A stretch of DNA of 64,000 nucleotides, from the NCBI GenBank assembly GCA_973895155.1, contig OZ316897.1, positions 8,207,832 through 8,271,831 of the forward strand, written 5' to 3'. The notes below the pieces were generated by a model that ran no database searches, was not told the DNA's origin, and saw only the letters and a program-made list of their open reading frames with translations. The stretch comes from Marsupella aquatica (taxonomy: Eukaryota; Plantae; Marchantiophyta). The number at the start of each line of letters is the position of its first letter. Position 1 is the first letter of the stretch. Made by a program: the position numbers and the translations under genes. This document shows, piece after piece, positions 62,100 through 64,000 of the stretch.

Positions 62100-64000
62100 A
62101 ATGTTAGAGCCACCATTTCTAATTTCATGACAATGCTGGCCAAACAGAACCATGTAGACCTGGTGGGTTTCGCTGAACTGTCAAGCTCTGATTCTGTTTC
62201 CTACTAGGCTAATTCTGGCTGATGGGTTCTGTGACTAGGTGGGAAACTTCTATTATGTACCTAACTGCAAACAAACAAAAAGCGCCCAACCGGTAGACAG
62301 GACCCGAGACAGGACCCCATGCATGGGCAAAACTCCCAATCAAAGGGGGGCAACCAAGGAGCCAAAATTATAGTTAGCCCATGGGGCCCAGGAAGAAGCG
62401 CACCACAAAACAACTAGGAGAAGAAGACCTTAAATTGTACCTAGCTATGAACACACTAGAGAGCCTGGTAGAGCTCTGGAGTGCACTGCATAGGATAGTG
62501 AAGCAAAGGAATCTGGCTAGACGCCCTAGAACCAGCAGCCTTACCCTCCAAAGAAAGTTAAAATAATGCCTGAGCCCTCTGAAGTGCAATGGACACACAC
62601 TGTTGTAAAAGGCCGTGATGATGGACAGGGGGCGGGGGGGGGGAGAAAGCCCTCCACTCTACATAATGTACTCCACAAGATTGGAAGAAATGGTTGAAAG
62701 TTGGGAATTAAACTGGCTAATGGGAGACAGAAAACCTAACAAAATTTTGTCAAATGTGGCAAAAAGACATGTGGCTCTAGTTGGCCCATACGTCGGTAGC
62801 CAAAACCCTTAAGAAAACCCCGAAGACCCCACCCTACGAAGACTGTAAATGTGGGTTGATCAGTTTAGTGTATGCTTGCGTGAATAGAGGTTGTCCAATT
62901 TTATTGAAGGTCCTAAAGTGCAAGATTCCTGAGGCCGGAATGTGGCCTGTAATGTATTCAAAATGTTTTGTACAATAATCAACCTTTGTTAAACTTGCCC
63001 TACTATAGTGAAATGTAGTAATGGGACCATAGAGAAGAGGGGGGCCAATGGAAGAGAAATATAACGAGTGCAAAGTGTTAAAGCATGGCCTTCTTTGGTA
63101 TATGACACATTATGGCATTCACATTTTTGGAGGCTTGGCTCTCAAATATAGCAGGATGTTGGAAAAAAGGTCAATTCATCAGTTGTGCAATCCCATCCCT
63201 CCCCCCACCATTACCATTATCAAAAACCAACAATAAAACCAATTCTGGGCACTAGTGTTCACCCTTCACAAAGTAGCAAGGTTACTTGTCATAGTCTTTT
63301 CATAAACCATAAAACACTTAAAAAGCGTTTTATAATGTTCATGTGATCCAGTGCAATGGTTCCCAGTCATTTCAAGTACGTAAAAGGACTTAGTGAGCTT
63401 AGTCCTATAAGGTTCAGTCTAAATTGCCCTGGTTTTTACTAGTGACAGGAACACACGAGAGCTTTACTACACTCTAGGCCCCAGTCTAGGCCCGTCGGTC
63501 ATACCAAGTCTTCGCAATACAAGTTCTTCCTATCTCTCAAATGTCTCCGTAAAATGACCCTAAGTTCCCCCTATTCAAACAAACCCTGCTTGGGGATATA
63601 GTGTGCAACTTACATGGCTGACCTAACCAAGTCCACAACTATGGTTTGTCATAACTACAGTTCACACTCATGCCCCAAGTCGTTCCTCTAGACCTTAGAG
63701 TAAAAATGCCTAACACAAACTTGCTTTTTCTAAATGTGGGGGGGGGGGGGGGGATTCAAATTTAGAAATTTGAAATTTGAAAATAATGTATATACAGTTT
63801 GTTACATCAAATGCTCATAACATTTGATGTAACAAATGATTTGAATCACAAGAACTCTATAATATTTTGTTAGTTATGTATAAAATTTCCATCATTATTA
63901 TTTTTTGCACCAGCCAAGATGACATACAACAGTTATTGTTGTTGGTGGTGATTTGTTAGTTAGCTAAATACTCCCATTCAAAATCTTCCCTTATCCAACC

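Overview
Eukaryotic land-plant nuclear DNA with GT-AG introns. It is probably a bryophyte such as a liverwort, inferred from gene content and UTR style and not proven. Five protein-coding genes can be built exon by exon: a GAMYB-type R2R3-MYB with a miR159/miR319 site (+, 5573-8173), a five-knuckle CCHC protein of the ZCCHC9-like type (-, 31926-28541), a SAWADEE-domain protein without homeodomain and with an acidic repeat tail (-, 37845-36171), a secreted bulb-type mannose-binding lectin (-, 47282-46785) and UFD1 (+, 56484-58830). A frameshifted copy of the CCHC gene lies just upstream of the SAWADEE gene on the same strand. The intergenic DNA is rich in small mobile elements that I could delimit by target-site duplications (TSDs): three solo LTRs, a hAT-type MITE, a tRNA-derived SINE, and a three-layer nest (TA-flanked pogo-like element > Mutator-like element > foldback). 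The most unusual structure is a tandem miniature LTR retrotransposon at about 52.05-53.0 kb. Its LTRs each carry a tRNA-like Pol III cassette and are separated only by PBS+PPT linkers of 45-51 bp. All family assignments come from motif recognition by eye; no database search was run.
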